DNA from: Trypanosoma brucei
Taxonomy: Eukaryota
Reading direction: 5' to 3'
DNA: 64,000 nt
NCBI GenBank assembly: GCA_000002445.1
Contig: AE017150.2
Location: 1,024,001-1,088,000, forward strand
Position 1 is the first letter of the stretch; each line of letters opens with the position of its first letter. Below, piece by piece: positions 43,001-53,045 of the stretch. The position numbers and the translations under genes are program-made. A model generated the notes under the pieces. The model had not been told where the DNA came from, did no database searches, and saw only the letters and a program-made list of their open reading frames with translations.

Positions 43001-45342
43001 CTGATATCCGTGAGGCTGGTATGTCTAGGAGTGAGGTTGAACCATCTTTAGCAGCCAGTCTGAAATGTGGCAAATGTCTTGATCAGTCTATGAGTCGCAT
43101 ATCTATGATGCCTGCTGATGTCCGTGAGGCTGGTATGTCTAAGAGTGAGGTTGAACCATCTTTAGCAGCCAGTCTGAAATATGGCAAATGTCTTGATCAG
43201 TCTATGAGTCGCATATCTATGATGCCTGCTGATATCCGTGAGGCTGGTATGTCTAGGAGTGAGGTTGAACCATCTTTAGCAGCCAGTCTGAAATGTGGCA
43301 AATGTCTTGATCAGTCTATGAGTCGCATATCTATGATGCCTGCTGATGTCCGTGAGGCTGGTATGTCTAAGAGTGAGGTTGAACCATCTTTAGCAGCCAG
43401 TCTGAAATATGGCAAATGTCTTGATCAGTCTATGAGTCGCATATCTATGATGCCTGCTGATGTCCGTGAGGCTGGTATGTCTAAGAGTGAGGTTGAACCA
43501 TCTTTAGCAGCCAGTCTGAAATGTGGCAAATGTCTTGATCAGTCTATGAGTCGCATATCCATGATGCCTGCTGATGTCCGTGAGGCTGGTATGTCTAAGA
43601 GTGAGGTTGAACCATCTTTAGCAGCCAGTCTGAAATATGGCAAATGTCTTGATCAGTCTATGAGTCGCATATCTATGATGCCTGCTGATGTCCGTGAGGC
43701 TGGTATGTGTAAAAGGGGTGAAGCGGAGTCACTTGTTGTTAGTTCAAATAGCCGTGAGGTTAATGGTGGTGTTAAGAATTTATCCAGTGGTAATTCTTCT
43801 GCATCGTTGGACGGTAGGAAGTTTGTTTGTTCGTCGGGCAAAAGTGGTGATTATTCCGCTTCTTTCGGTGACGGTGGTTGTTGTCAAATCGTCGGTGGTG
43901 CTGAAGCGGGTGGTGTTGTTGTCTTAGAGGAATTTCGAGACATACCGAGTGGTGCTGGTTCGAATTTACCGGTACCTGTTGATGAAGTTCCTGGCGGTGG
44001 TGTGAGAATGTCGTCCGATGTTGATAAAAGCGTTTCCGGTGGCTTGTTAGAAGTATTAAAGAATTGTTCGTCTTCCAGGGGAGGTGAAAGTTTTCCGTTA
44101 GTTGCAGTTCAAGCGCTGGCGAGTCGCCAGTCTGAAAATCGCCAACCGGTGCGATGCTCTTTCAATTCTGTTGCTGAAGGCAGGTACTACGACTCGGGTC
44201 TTTTGGATGAGCGTAACGATTGGTGCGTTCCTCCCCGTGGTGTGATGCAGGGTGCAGTTGGCAGCGCACTGTGTCTTGTAAGGGGCGTTGGCGCGGTTAA
44301 TTTTGATGGATCGCCGGACATAAGCGTCACTTCTGTGGCTTCTTCTGTTGGTGATAAAGTGCCTTCGATGATTAGAGGTGAACAACGCAGGGCGAGCACC
44401 AACAGTGCTTTGCCAGATGTCGTGCCGAAAGTTGCTGACCCACCTCTTGAAGCTCCGGTTTCTTTAATTGAGGGTGAAAAAGTGTCTGTGGCCTGGGAGT
44501 CACAATTTGGGGGTAGTGCAGATCCAAAGGAGCGTTTTCTGGATCTCTCTACAACACCTCAGCATGAAAATCCGTCTCGGTTTCTCTCAAGAATGGGTAG
44601 CCTCTGTCGTTGGGGCCTCGGGTCGCAGAAGGCAAAATGTGAGGACAGCGCGGAGACGCTGAAGCGATGGGCGCAGGATAGTACCAAATATCTTATAGGA
44701 GTTCAGGAACCGGACACCGTTGCGGAGGAGTTGCCGTCCCTATCAGATGCCCGCGGAATGCCACCAATGGTGAAAGCTAGTAGCTCGTCGGATAAAAATT
44801 TCTCGCAACTTGGTCCTTTTGACACAAGCAATGGGGACCATAAGGGAGAGGAACTGACCACTTTAAGGAGGTGGTCAAAGAGTAATCAAGGGAAGAGTAT
44901 TGCCGGCAGTGGTACGGAGGAACCACGTAGCATAGCAACAAGGAATTCAGATCCAAATCTGCCTCTGTTGCGGATTCGCAAAAGTGCCAGTGGTTCGCCA
45001 CTGCTTCCGCTGGCTACGGGTGACAAAGGCCTTGCAAAGTGGGAAGATGATGGCGTCACTTCGTTACCCCCCATTATATCTCAGAGCGCAAACACTCCGC
45101 TTGGGTGCGATGCCGCTTCAAAACGGAGAGTAGGTGACAGTTACGTTTGGGATATACGCGATGTGAGCATGTCGTCGGCTTCCCCTAACACCTCTTATCT
45201 GGACATTGAGGCTGAGGGTGAAGCGTTCGATATATTCAAACGCCTCTTGCACGATATTGATGTTGCAAGTCGAGCCATCTCTAAGCCTGTACAAGCGCTT
45301 AGAGAGCTGCGTGACGGGAGGAAGTATGAAAATTCCTCGTGA
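39364..45342 (+). CDS. 38-aa-repeat protein, part 2 (same frame, immediately downstream of the TGA): repeats, a second copy of the N-terminal domain, about 25 more repeats, and a unique 545-aa Ser/Gly-rich C-terminus
   Basis: The ORF is continuous in the same frame as part 1 and is interrupted only by the TGA at 39322-39324. It may be one gene (35596-45342) broken by a sequencing error or real nonsense mutation, or two tandem paralogues merged in assembly. There is no independent ATG/UTR for this half. Confidence 0.4.
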   Translation: MSRISTLPADIREAGMSKSHVVTSRAASPRCAKCLDQSMSRISMMPADVREAGMSKSHVVTSRAASPRCAKCLDQSMSRISTLPADIREAGMSKSHVVTSRAASPRCAKCLDQSMSHISMVPADVREAGMSKSHVVTSRAASPRCAKCLDQSMSRSSTLPADVREAGMSKSEVEPSLAASLRCAKCLDQSMSRSSTLPDDVREAGMSKSEVEPSLAASSRCAKCLDQSMSVGSDFVSVLLVGGVNEVGNDRSGFQRKRYPVSWHKHCDGPSPLRSLCDDGATFWKVPRKVSEDPEDNMSTAHSISTSVSDPVSPSAVNVVVKYSGAENICVGASTDGEMKAMPHTMLLDGEVWEYIYLRKSSELRDAFASDIGDVLGFPFSTPIEFTPTRTGILAHCTLLYPETMKTEELYERLSRDKFPAMRRLYQTAKREQMITSCSTMYTTNICDRPISPPPEDMDGRRGSMQMMSSATSTNHKPEEYCLSKREERRDATKEDATGMDTESQEIHYSRFTERSMSRISMVPADVREAGMSKSEVEPSLAASLRCAKCLDQSMSHISMMPADVREAGMSKSEVEPSLAASLRCAKCLDQSMSRISMMPADVREAGMSQSQIGTLPATIPVYCPQLLERCMSCASTILADVREAGMSQSQIGTLPASIPVYCPQLLERCMSCASTILADVREAGMSQSQIGTLPATIPVYCPQLLERCMSCASTILADVREAGMSQSQIGTLPATIPVYCPQLLERCMSCASTILADVREAGMSKSEVEPSLAASPRCAKCLDQSMSRISMMPADVREAGMSKSEVEPSLAASLRCGKCLDQSMSRISMMPADIREAGMSKSEVEPSLAASLKYGKCLDQSMSRISMMPADVREAGMSKSEVEPSLAASLRCGKCLDQSMSRISMMPADIREAGMSKSEVEPSLAASLRCGKCLDQSMSRISMMPADVREAGMSKSEVEPSLAASLRCGKCLDQSMSRISMMPADVREAGMSKSEVEPSLAASLRCAKCLDQSMSRISMMPADIREAGMSKSEVEPSLAASLKYGKCLDQSMSRISMMPADVREAGMSKSEVEPSLAASLRCAKCLDQSMSRISMMPADIREAGMSKSEVEPSLAASLKYGKCLDQSMSRISMMPADIREAGMSRSEVEPSLAASLKYGKCLDQSMSRISMMPADVREAGMSKSEVEPSLAASLKYGKCLDQSMSRISMMPADIREAGMSRSEVEPSLAASLKCGKCLDQSMSRISMMPADVREAGMSKSEVEPSLAASLKYGKCLDQSMSRISMMPADIREAGMSRSEVEPSLAASLKCGKCLDQSMSRISMMPADVREAGMSKSEVEPSLAASLKYGKCLDQSMSRISMMPADVREAGMSKSEVEPSLAASLKCGKCLDQSMSRISMMPADVREAGMSKSEVEPSLAASLKYGKCLDQSMSRISMMPADVREAGMCKRGEAESLVVSSNSREVNGGVKNLSSGNSSASLDGRKFVCSSGKSGDYSASFGDGGCCQIVGGAEAGGVVVLEEFRDIPSGAGSNLPVPVDEVPGGGVRMSSDVDKSVSGGLLEVLKNCSSSRGGESFPLVAVQALASRQSENRQPVRCSFNSVAEGRYYDSGLLDERNDWCVPPRGVMQGAVGSALCLVRGVGAVNFDGSPDISVTSVASSVGDKVPSMIRGEQRRASTNSALPDVVPKVADPPLEAPVSLIEGEKVSVAWESQFGGSADPKERFLDLSTTPQHENPSRFLSRMGSLCRWGLGSQKAKCEDSAETLKRWAQDSTKYLIGVQEPDTVAEELPSLSDARGMPPMVKASSSSDKNFSQLGPFDTSNGDHKGEELTTLRRWSKSNQGKSIAGSGTEEPRSIATRNSDPNLPLLRIRKSASGSPLLPLATGDKGLAKWEDDGVTSLPPIISQSANTPLGCDAASKRRVGDSYVWDIRDVSMSSASPNTSYLDIEAEGEAFDIFKRLLHDIDVASRAISKPVQALRELRDGRKYENSS
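40905..43710 (+). repeat. 114-bp tandem repeat array 2, about 24.6 copies; the SEVEPSLAASL[RK][CY][GA]K subfamily predominates, with four 117-bp variant units at about 41190-41650
   Basis: Same period. The variant unit encodes SQSQIGTLPATIPVYCPQLLERCMSCASTILADVREAGM (39 aa; gctgatgtcc at 41281 and 41398, spacing 117). Confidence 0.9.
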
Positions 45343-47805
45343 TGATTGTGTTGTTATTGTTGTGTTAAAGTTGTCTCTTTTTGTTCTTCTCTTTTTGTCT
45401 GTTTTACTAAACTGATTTCTGTTGTGTCGGTTGTTTTTGCCGACCAGGTTAGGTGACATATAGAAGTGCAAATATTCATCTGGTTGTGTGTCTTTTTCCT
45501 TGTTTTTCTCCTATATTCTGATACAAACAAGCATATGTACCCTCATTTCTCTTGTCTCCCCCTCGTTGTTTTACGTTTATTTGGTGTATATTTCTGTTTG
45601 TATATGCATGTACTCGGGGTGAGACATTGATGCTTCTTTAATTTGCGCTGGCTGTAGTTTCCTACTTTGTTTCCACTTTGCTGTGAGGTTTTTGTTTTGT
45701 TTTTTGTTTTATGTTTTTTCTGAATTATCTTGTCAGGTGTTTATTCACTCTGCCTCATTCCATTACGTTTCTGCGTTTTCCCTAGCCCCTGTTTTGCGGT
45801 TCCATTCCCCTTGTTCTTGTTCTTGTGATTTTGCTCTCGGTTTCTTTATTGAGTTGCAGCGTGTATTTGGATACATATGTATGTTCTCATATGTTTACGC
45901 CATAAGACCCCGCATGCACATATTTTTTTCTGTGAAAGTACACAAGTTAATGCATGCGTACCCGCGGAGGTGATGCATTATTATACCCACCTCAACTTTG
46001 TTTTACTTTTTTACTTTTTTTCTTTTGTCTTTTTGTTACGGTGTTCCCATAATTATGATCATATTTCCCATATTTCCTTTTGTTTTTTTTCAAATTCTTC
46101 CCACCACGATTTTACTGTTTTAGGCGACTTTTTTGTGTTTCGGTGGTTAAATGCCGTTTCATTTTCGCTTGACAGCTCTCTTCTTTTTCTTTTTTTTTTT
46201 AGTGAAAAAAAAATAATTCTTTAATTTGTTTAAAAAACAACACAACACAACACAGAATCACCAAATGAGATAAAACTATTAGATAATACGGGTGGCAGCG
46301 GCAAGTTGTGTCCGTGTGTGTCTGTTTGTGGTTGCGAAGGACTCACCGCAATTTTTTTTTTATTTTGATGAGATCAAAAGAAAAAAAAAGAAAAGAAAGG
46401 TACCATATATTTTTATTTCAAGAGATTTAACTTTTCCCAAACCAAGCTGGTTGCTTGTTGCTTTTCTTTTCTTTTCTTTTTTTTACCCCTTTGTTTTTGT
46501 TCCCTCTGACTCTCTCTCTCTCTTTCTCTCTCTCTGTTTATTTGCTTTTTATTTCGTTTGTTTCAACTGATTGGGTTAACAAAAAATGGGGTAGATAAAA
46601 GTATAAAAAGATTGAGCGGAATGATTTCATGTGAGTGAGTGTTATGAATGAACATATCGAGGTGAGGATGAACAACAGCAACAAAAAGAGAAAAAAAAAT
46701 GTACAAGAGAGAGAAGAAAGCAAACAAATATAAAAAAAAAGGGAATTTATGTACCATCCCATACGTAGAGGAGGAGGAGGAGGTTGTGTTAAATTGAAGT
46801 GAGATAGTATGAGTTTAAAGAAACAAAATCATAATCTTGATGATGGTAACAAAAATTGTACATGACCGTTGCGACGAAAGTACAGGTAAAAATGAAGTGA
46901 AGCGAGAGGGGTGGAAAGGAAGGGAAAAGAATCAAACAGCTCGTTCCTACACACATGTTAAATGTTTATATAAATTAATGTGTGTACATATGTGTATAAG
47001 TAGGATACGGATGTAGTTACGCCATAAATTCTGACGCGAGGGAAGGCGCAGAGGAGTGGCGTAATAGGAAAGTAAATTTAATCGGGGTAACAACTGCAGC
47101 CCCCCCCCCCCAAAAAAAAAGAAATATAATGATGCATACACAGGTGTCTGCATTTGTATGCAACTGAGGATGTGTATAACTTTTTTTCTTTTTTTTCTTT
47201 TTCTCTTGTGCGTGCTAGCTTTTTCACTTTTTATTTTGTCCTTGTCCTTCTTCTATTTTACGTTTTCTCTCGCAATTAATCTGCGCCACGACAGCAGAGT
47301 CTCCTTTTTTTTTGTTTTCGTCCACTCACTGTAGGAAACCATTTTGTCTCCCGACCCTCTCTACTCCTTTCCCGTGATACGAAATGGCTAAACATGCGCG
47401 TACATGAGAGCGCGGTAAATGAAGTGTAAAAAAAAAAAGGGAATCGGGAGAGGTACACGCCATGAGTTGTGTGTTAGCAATATGAGGAGCGTACGACTTA
47501 TTTCAGCGAGTGATTGTAGTTTGTGGAAGTGAAACTGACATTACTGTGGAGTGCAGTTACTCGGGATAATCCGTCACTCACCCACTCACTAAATTTATTA
47601 TTATTATTATTGTTATGATTAACGTGTTGTTTGGTACTTTTGTTTTTGTTCCTATTTCAGTCATCTGCATCTATTTCCCCTCTTTTTAAAAAAAAAATTT
47701 ATCTTGATTCCCTCTTTTGTTAGTGCCGTGTCCAGTACATCGTTGCAGAAGAACGTAAAAAGGGAGCGGCGCGACGGTGCTTTTGCATCAGTCGGTACGT
47801 TTTAC

Positions 47806-49164
47806 ATGTGGCGGATCACGCGGCTCTGCTGCAAACAACTCATACGGGATGAATCTTTAGTTTCCCTTCCACCCGCTGTGCACCGATTGGAAGTTTACCG
47901 AAACGCCGTAAGTGTTGACTGCGAGGAGCGCATCTGCGCGGAGTTGGGCCTTCTGCTGCAACGTGAGGGACACACCGCCTTTGCTGAGGGCTCCACTCCG
48001 CAGCAGAAGATTGTGAAGCACACATATTTGGAACTGCATGGTGCTCATAAGGACTTTACGGAGGTGAAGAGTTTCCAACGGAAGGAGACGCGGAGACTCC
48101 CTGGTTTATTATGGTCCCCCACTCTTGTGTCATGGATGAATGAAGTGGTGCCACGGGTACGTGTGTTTCCAGTGGGTGTAATGCCAGACACGGCAAGGGT
48201 TGTGGAACATAATATGACAGGATATGAAATGCATATGGAGCACCCCACCGTTGGTTGTTCTTTTCTTTACTTATCGTTGCTATCTGATACGGTCCTCACG
48301 TTCGACGATGAGGCTACGGGGCGCTATGGTGAAGTGTTTCTCCCCCAACGTGCGTTAATGTGCTGCTCCGGCGAGATTCGTTGGGGCTGGCGCTTCGGCG
48401 AGCAGTCTCGTGAGGTGCACACATTTGTTAATGCTTCTGGCGTTCGACGGGTTGTGGAGCCGGATCTGCGGCTGAGTGTGCAGTTGTGGAAGTTTACACC
48501 ACAATTGCTGGATGCGCGGCTGCTGCAGGATCGTGTTGAGGAGTCAATGAAGCAAAGGGAGGCTGAGGAGTCAAATGAAGTAGTCGAAACCATTGCTGTG
48601 GACCGTAAGAAGAATGAAGAGGAGCATAAGGGCTCTGCCTCCTCCCATGCATTGTTTAGCGCCCTAGCGGAAAAAGGTGCCTCCGGGACAGGGCCTCTCG
48701 GTGGTGAGTATGTGGAGGGGAGAACGCAGGCCTGCAAGGGTGTGGAAGGAAAGAGCATGACGATGGAAGATATTGGTCGGGACTACAACACCTACAAGCA
48801 ACAGTTTCAAAACGTTCACGGTGTGCTACAAGAGATGAAGGCACTGCAGGATGCGGGTCAACCCATCAATGACATGTGGCTGAGGAAGCGTATACTTGAT
48901 GGTCAGAAGGATGACAATCATGACGCGCAGGACGGTTTCGATCCAAACGATGTGGAGGGAACGTGGGATCGTGTGGATGCAAAGGCACGGTTCTACAAGG
49001 CACGCCTGAAGGGTATGGACTACGATGGCACCGCCAACAGCAACAGCTCGATGCCGGATGTGACAGAAGACGCTCCTCTTGATATGAAGAAGACAATTCA
49101 GAAGATCGCCCCACTCGTAAAGGACGGCGATAAGATCCTTGCGAGCCTGCCGTGTGGTCAATGA
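47806..49164 (+). CDS. AlkB-like 2-oxoglutarate/Fe(II)-dependent dioxygenase superfamily protein, with a charged C-terminal extension
   Basis: The ordered motifs are YEMHMEHP (an HxD/E-type iron ligand), a downstream His (REVHTF), and RLSVQLWKF (the RxS-hydrophobic-TFR 2OG-binding motif of the AlkB family). The start was moved from the track's TTG (47704) to the first ATG. Confidence 0.4.
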   Translation: MWRITRLCCKQLIRDESLVSLPPAVHRLEVYRNAVSVDCEERICAELGLLLQREGHTAFAEGSTPQQKIVKHTYLELHGAHKDFTEVKSFQRKETRRLPGLLWSPTLVSWMNEVVPRVRVFPVGVMPDTARVVEHNMTGYEMHMEHPTVGCSFLYLSLLSDTVLTFDDEATGRYGEVFLPQRALMCCSGEIRWGWRFGEQSREVHTFVNASGVRRVVEPDLRLSVQLWKFTPQLLDARLLQDRVEESMKQREAEESNEVVETIAVDRKKNEEEHKGSASSHALFSALAEKGASGTGPLGGEYVEGRTQACKGVEGKSMTMEDIGRDYNTYKQQFQNVHGVLQEMKALQDAGQPINDMWLRKRILDGQKDDNHDAQDGFDPNDVEGTWDRVDAKARFYKARLKGMDYDGTANSNSSMPDVTEDAPLDMKKTIQKIAPLVKDGDKILASLPCGQ

Positions 49165-49496
49165 TTTGGTCGTAAGGCTGGTGTTCGGTTTCCCTGTTGC
49201 TCCGGAAGGTAATTATCCGCGGAGGAACATGAAGAATGCAGAAAGCGATTCGTAAGTATTTATGTGTGTGCTGGTGCGCAAGAGAAGTACTCAACATGTT
49301 AGTGGAAGGCAAATGCCAAAGGAATAAACGACCACTACGGGGCGGGCGAAGTCACTGACCATCGTCATTGGAGGCACGTGTACATTTGTGGGGATGCTTT
49401 ACGGGGGGAAATATCTGCCGTTGAAGTTTCATATAGCTTTGGTATCCCTTACTGGGGTGAAGGTGAGTTCGTTGCAATCCGTGCTATCAAGAGTTT

Positions 49497-52400
49497 ATGT
49501 CCTTATCAACACTCCTCTACAAAGCAGAAGTTAGGCAAGGTTTAGTTAGTCGCAACGCTGGCGTCTGGCTGAATATGTGTTGGTGCACTACGCAAGAAGT
49601 GGCCGAGGTGCTAAGCATCAGTAGACTCCGCGGTGATGTGTCTGAGTCCGCGCGGAAAACAGCGGACGAACGGTTCATGCAGTTGCACAACGGTTCTATG
49701 AACATAGGCGATATTTTGACTGAGGTTGCCGTGAATCGGGGTGTGTGTGGCGGTGCCCCTTCCGACAGTCTGCAGCTTGCGGCTGCGCTTGCACTTGAGC
49801 CGCTAGTAACCAAAGGCCGATGGTGCGAGGGTAATGGTTTCAACGACAAGGTGCGTGTGCTGGATATGTTGTTGGGTTTTTTGAGTGATGAGGCAGTCAT
49901 GAGCAGTGGTAATGCTACACACACAGGTCGGGTGCGCGTTTCTCTTTGTCTTTGCCTGTGCCAAATCATTACGTTTGAGAGTCCTACACCGTACTGGAAC
50001 GGGGTTTTGTCTGATTGCCTTGCGTCCATCGTTTCAGATTGGTCCGGCAGTCAATATGAGATGATAGACAATGATAGCGAACACATTTTCAAGTCATTTC
50101 GTCATATTGTTGTACTCCAGCTATCGGAGTTGTGTGCATCCAATACTGCGCTGTGGTGGTATATGGTGTCTACACTGTCGCGTTGTCTTGTGGAGGGATC
50201 GTCCTCTTTTCCGGTTGGGGATGTGCGGAGGCACTTCAGCTTTTCTGTAGTCTTGCGACTCATGCGGCGGCGGCCGCGGGTGAGTGATACACACGAGGGG
50301 ATGAGACCGGCAGATTCTTTTATTTTTGGCCCTGCATTTCGGCAGCTCATTGATGGCAGTCTTCAGCAGGCTGTGGCGCTCGCAGGGAGCGACAGGTGGA
50401 GCCATGTAGCTGTGCAACAAGAGTGCCGATTACTGCTAGATATTTCATCCCATTTGATAAGCAACGCCGAGTTTGCAGCTCAACTGTTTCGGTGTAGTGT
50501 CGATCTGCTTGTACTTGCAGAACCTACAGCATATGACACTATTGCTGCAAGTACTTTGGTCGCAGCAGTGGCAGCTCGAGTGGATAGCGCCCTTGAGTGT
50601 ATGTCTGGGGTGTTGCAAGCATTTCCTGAGGTGTCGTTGCGGTTCGACGCAGGGGAGGTAACATCTAAACTCCTCAACTGTATGGCGGGCGCTGCTGCAG
50701 CGGCACGGGGTGATGAATGTGATGATGACGATGATAAGGAAGCAGAGTTGCTTGGAATGCTGCGTGAGGACTACGTTGTGCCGTTGGGTTGCGCGGGGGG
50801 CGATACGACGTCAACTGCCGGTGCCGTGCTTGAGTTGTTGGTAGAGGCAAATCCCCAGCAACTTTCTACTATCGTGGACGCGCTTTGTAATTGTTGTTCT
50901 TCCGCGGAGGGTTTGTTGTCGTTGTTAAGGTCCGCTCACTGGCGGGCCTGGGCTGCGGCCTTGCGGTGCTGTTGTCGTGTGTGTGAGGAAGGGGAAACAT
51001 CACTCATTGACCGGATGCCGCACGTTGAGGATAAACTAATGTTGCCACTTGCGCAGCTTTTGCACGAGAGCACAGAATCTATGGTGTCGGTGGAGCTTAT
51101 TGACTTGCTTTCTCTGTGTCTCGTACGGACGACTCAGGGAGCACTTGGATGTTCATTTCTGGCGCTCCTCGATGGTGTTTTCCATCATTGCAACAGCGTG
51201 TTTGGTTTAGCGACCGGTGGAACAGGTATTGCAGCGCGCGGAGGCGGGTCAAGTCAGGTTGCACTGCTTTCCGTATCTGTCTACGCTGTGCACCGGCTTT
51301 TATCGCGATGTGGTGAGTCTGTTACCTCAACACTTGTTGCGGCATGCGACGTGCAATTGTGGTTAGAGCGCTCACTTTCTGTACTTGCAAGTGGTGGGTT
51401 GCTTGCCGTTTACTGCGGGGCGTACGCTGTCAAAACGCTTCTGTCATTCGCCCCGCGAACGGCTTCCCACTACCCCGCGTTGGCCGCAGCGGCTGTTGAT
51501 AGCGCATGCAGACACTGTGGTATACCGGACGCATCGTCCCTTTTTGCCGGCTTGCTCACTTGTTTGTGTGATCACAAGGAAGGCGAATGCGCTCTCGCAG
51601 GCGAATTGCTGTCGGTTGTGGCTCACCATTGCCAACTCGCGACTCCTCACCGGTCCGTGCTTTTGCGAAGTACCTCCGATTATGTGCTTCGCGCCTCGAA
51701 GCTTTGCCTTGAGGAAAAGAGTCGATTGCAGGATGGAGTGGAAAGTAACACATGCCAGCAATGCAAGGTGCTCCAGCTTGTGCGGTGCTTTCCCTTAATA
51801 ACTCATTTTACCGTTAGTGACGCTCCTCACGATGAGGCAACGACGAGGCTTCTCTCAAGTTGTTTCGCCGCCTCATCTTCTGTTTTGTTTGTGCTTGATG
51901 CCATCGATGACGACGTGTTGGCGGACATGGGCTCTTCTCTTATTGCACTGTTTCATGCCTCCACTGGTGCAAACCGTAGTTGTACGACGTTGTCTACCGT
52001 ATGTACCGCCATGAGTGTGGTAGGACTCGTTAACCCATCATTTTTCAATGATGGCGCTGTGTTATCTGCTGTGTTGACTCTTTTTAAAAAGGAGGTTGAG
52101 GTTGCCCCAAGAAAAGGGATGGATTACATTGGCTGTTGCTTGCCGGTAGCCCTTTCTTGCGTGCGCCACCCCCAGCAACTCAGTGTTATTGCAGGAGGTG
52201 ACTTAACACCTGCAGCTGCCCGTGGTGTGCCTGTCGCTTCAGCTTGGTTAGTAATGTTTGGAGTGTGGAGTTCTATTTCCCCCTTCGCAGATCACTTCAC
52301 GTCGTTGTATTTTCTTGCGGCATGGCACCGACTTCTACTTTATGCCGTATCGGTTCGGGCAAGCGATGCCAATAGGCTTGATATGCTTGCTACCAGTGCG

Positions 52401-52748
52401 CCTTGTTGCTGTGTTTACGCACTGCCAAGTTTGCACGTGAAGTCGCTTCCGGCCAGAAGACTGGCGGGTTGCAGTATTGCGCAATGCATTGCTGCTGGTT
52501 TGTCGTTGGTAGTAGTTAGGGGCCAGCGAGCGGCGAAATCACAAATGCTAGACGCGGAAATACGGAAGCCACTGTACATTGCAAGAAGGTACAAAGCCTT
52601 GTCTGGTCTCACAATGCACGAGTCGGGGGCTGATATATTTTTATCAATGAGTGTACCTGAGGGTGCGAGTTGGTTGCTCCAACAAATGTGTGACGCTGGA
52701 TATGAAGCGGAGGTCAATATGGCTATGCTTTTTGCTGCAGACTGTTGA
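49497..52748 (+). CDS. Hypothetical protein, 1083 aa, Leu/Ala/Cys-rich and alpha-helical
   Basis: A long ORF starting at an ATG. I recognise no motif. Confidence 0.6.
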   Translation: MSLSTLLYKAEVRQGLVSRNAGVWLNMCWCTTQEVAEVLSISRLRGDVSESARKTADERFMQLHNGSMNIGDILTEVAVNRGVCGGAPSDSLQLAAALALEPLVTKGRWCEGNGFNDKVRVLDMLLGFLSDEAVMSSGNATHTGRVRVSLCLCLCQIITFESPTPYWNGVLSDCLASIVSDWSGSQYEMIDNDSEHIFKSFRHIVVLQLSELCASNTALWWYMVSTLSRCLVEGSSSFPVGDVRRHFSFSVVLRLMRRRPRVSDTHEGMRPADSFIFGPAFRQLIDGSLQQAVALAGSDRWSHVAVQQECRLLLDISSHLISNAEFAAQLFRCSVDLLVLAEPTAYDTIAASTLVAAVAARVDSALECMSGVLQAFPEVSLRFDAGEVTSKLLNCMAGAAAAARGDECDDDDDKEAELLGMLREDYVVPLGCAGGDTTSTAGAVLELLVEANPQQLSTIVDALCNCCSSAEGLLSLLRSAHWRAWAAALRCCCRVCEEGETSLIDRMPHVEDKLMLPLAQLLHESTESMVSVELIDLLSLCLVRTTQGALGCSFLALLDGVFHHCNSVFGLATGGTGIAARGGGSSQVALLSVSVYAVHRLLSRCGESVTSTLVAACDVQLWLERSLSVLASGGLLAVYCGAYAVKTLLSFAPRTASHYPALAAAAVDSACRHCGIPDASSLFAGLLTCLCDHKEGECALAGELLSVVAHHCQLATPHRSVLLRSTSDYVLRASKLCLEEKSRLQDGVESNTCQQCKVLQLVRCFPLITHFTVSDAPHDEATTRLLSSCFAASSSVLFVLDAIDDDVLADMGSSLIALFHASTGANRSCTTLSTVCTAMSVVGLVNPSFFNDGAVLSAVLTLFKKEVEVAPRKGMDYIGCCLPVALSCVRHPQQLSVIAGGDLTPAAARGVPVASAWLVMFGVWSSISPFADHFTSLYFLAAWHRLLLYAVSVRASDANRLDMLATSAPCCCVYALPSLHVKSLPARRLAGCSIAQCIAAGLSLVVVRGQRAAKSQMLDAEIRKPLYIARRYKALSGLTMHESGADIFLSMSVPEGASWLLQQMCDAGYEAEVNMAMLFAADC

Positions 52749-53045
52749 TGCAATTAATCCTCTGCTGTTTGTAACGTTATTATCCACTTACTTATCTCAT
52801 ATTCCATCGCAAGAACGATGACTGTTCCCTCATAATGTTTTTTTATAAATCGCTGTTGTCGTCTTATTGTTAAACACTACGCATATATACATATCTATAT
52901 GTATGTGTATATGTATGTATGTTTTTTTTTTTTTTGCAAGCTCTCTTTGTCTGCAGGTATCGAAACTTTTTTCTTTTTTTCTTTTTTGTCGTCAATCTTT
53001 TTTTGTTTTATTCTTTTCAATGGCCCAAGCGAATCAGACAAAGCG

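Noticed and set aside
29845-52748. Two hypothetical proteins of almost identical length (1081 aa and 1083 aa), suggesting paralogy
   Set aside because: I see no sequence similarity between them on inspection. I treat the equal length as coincidence.
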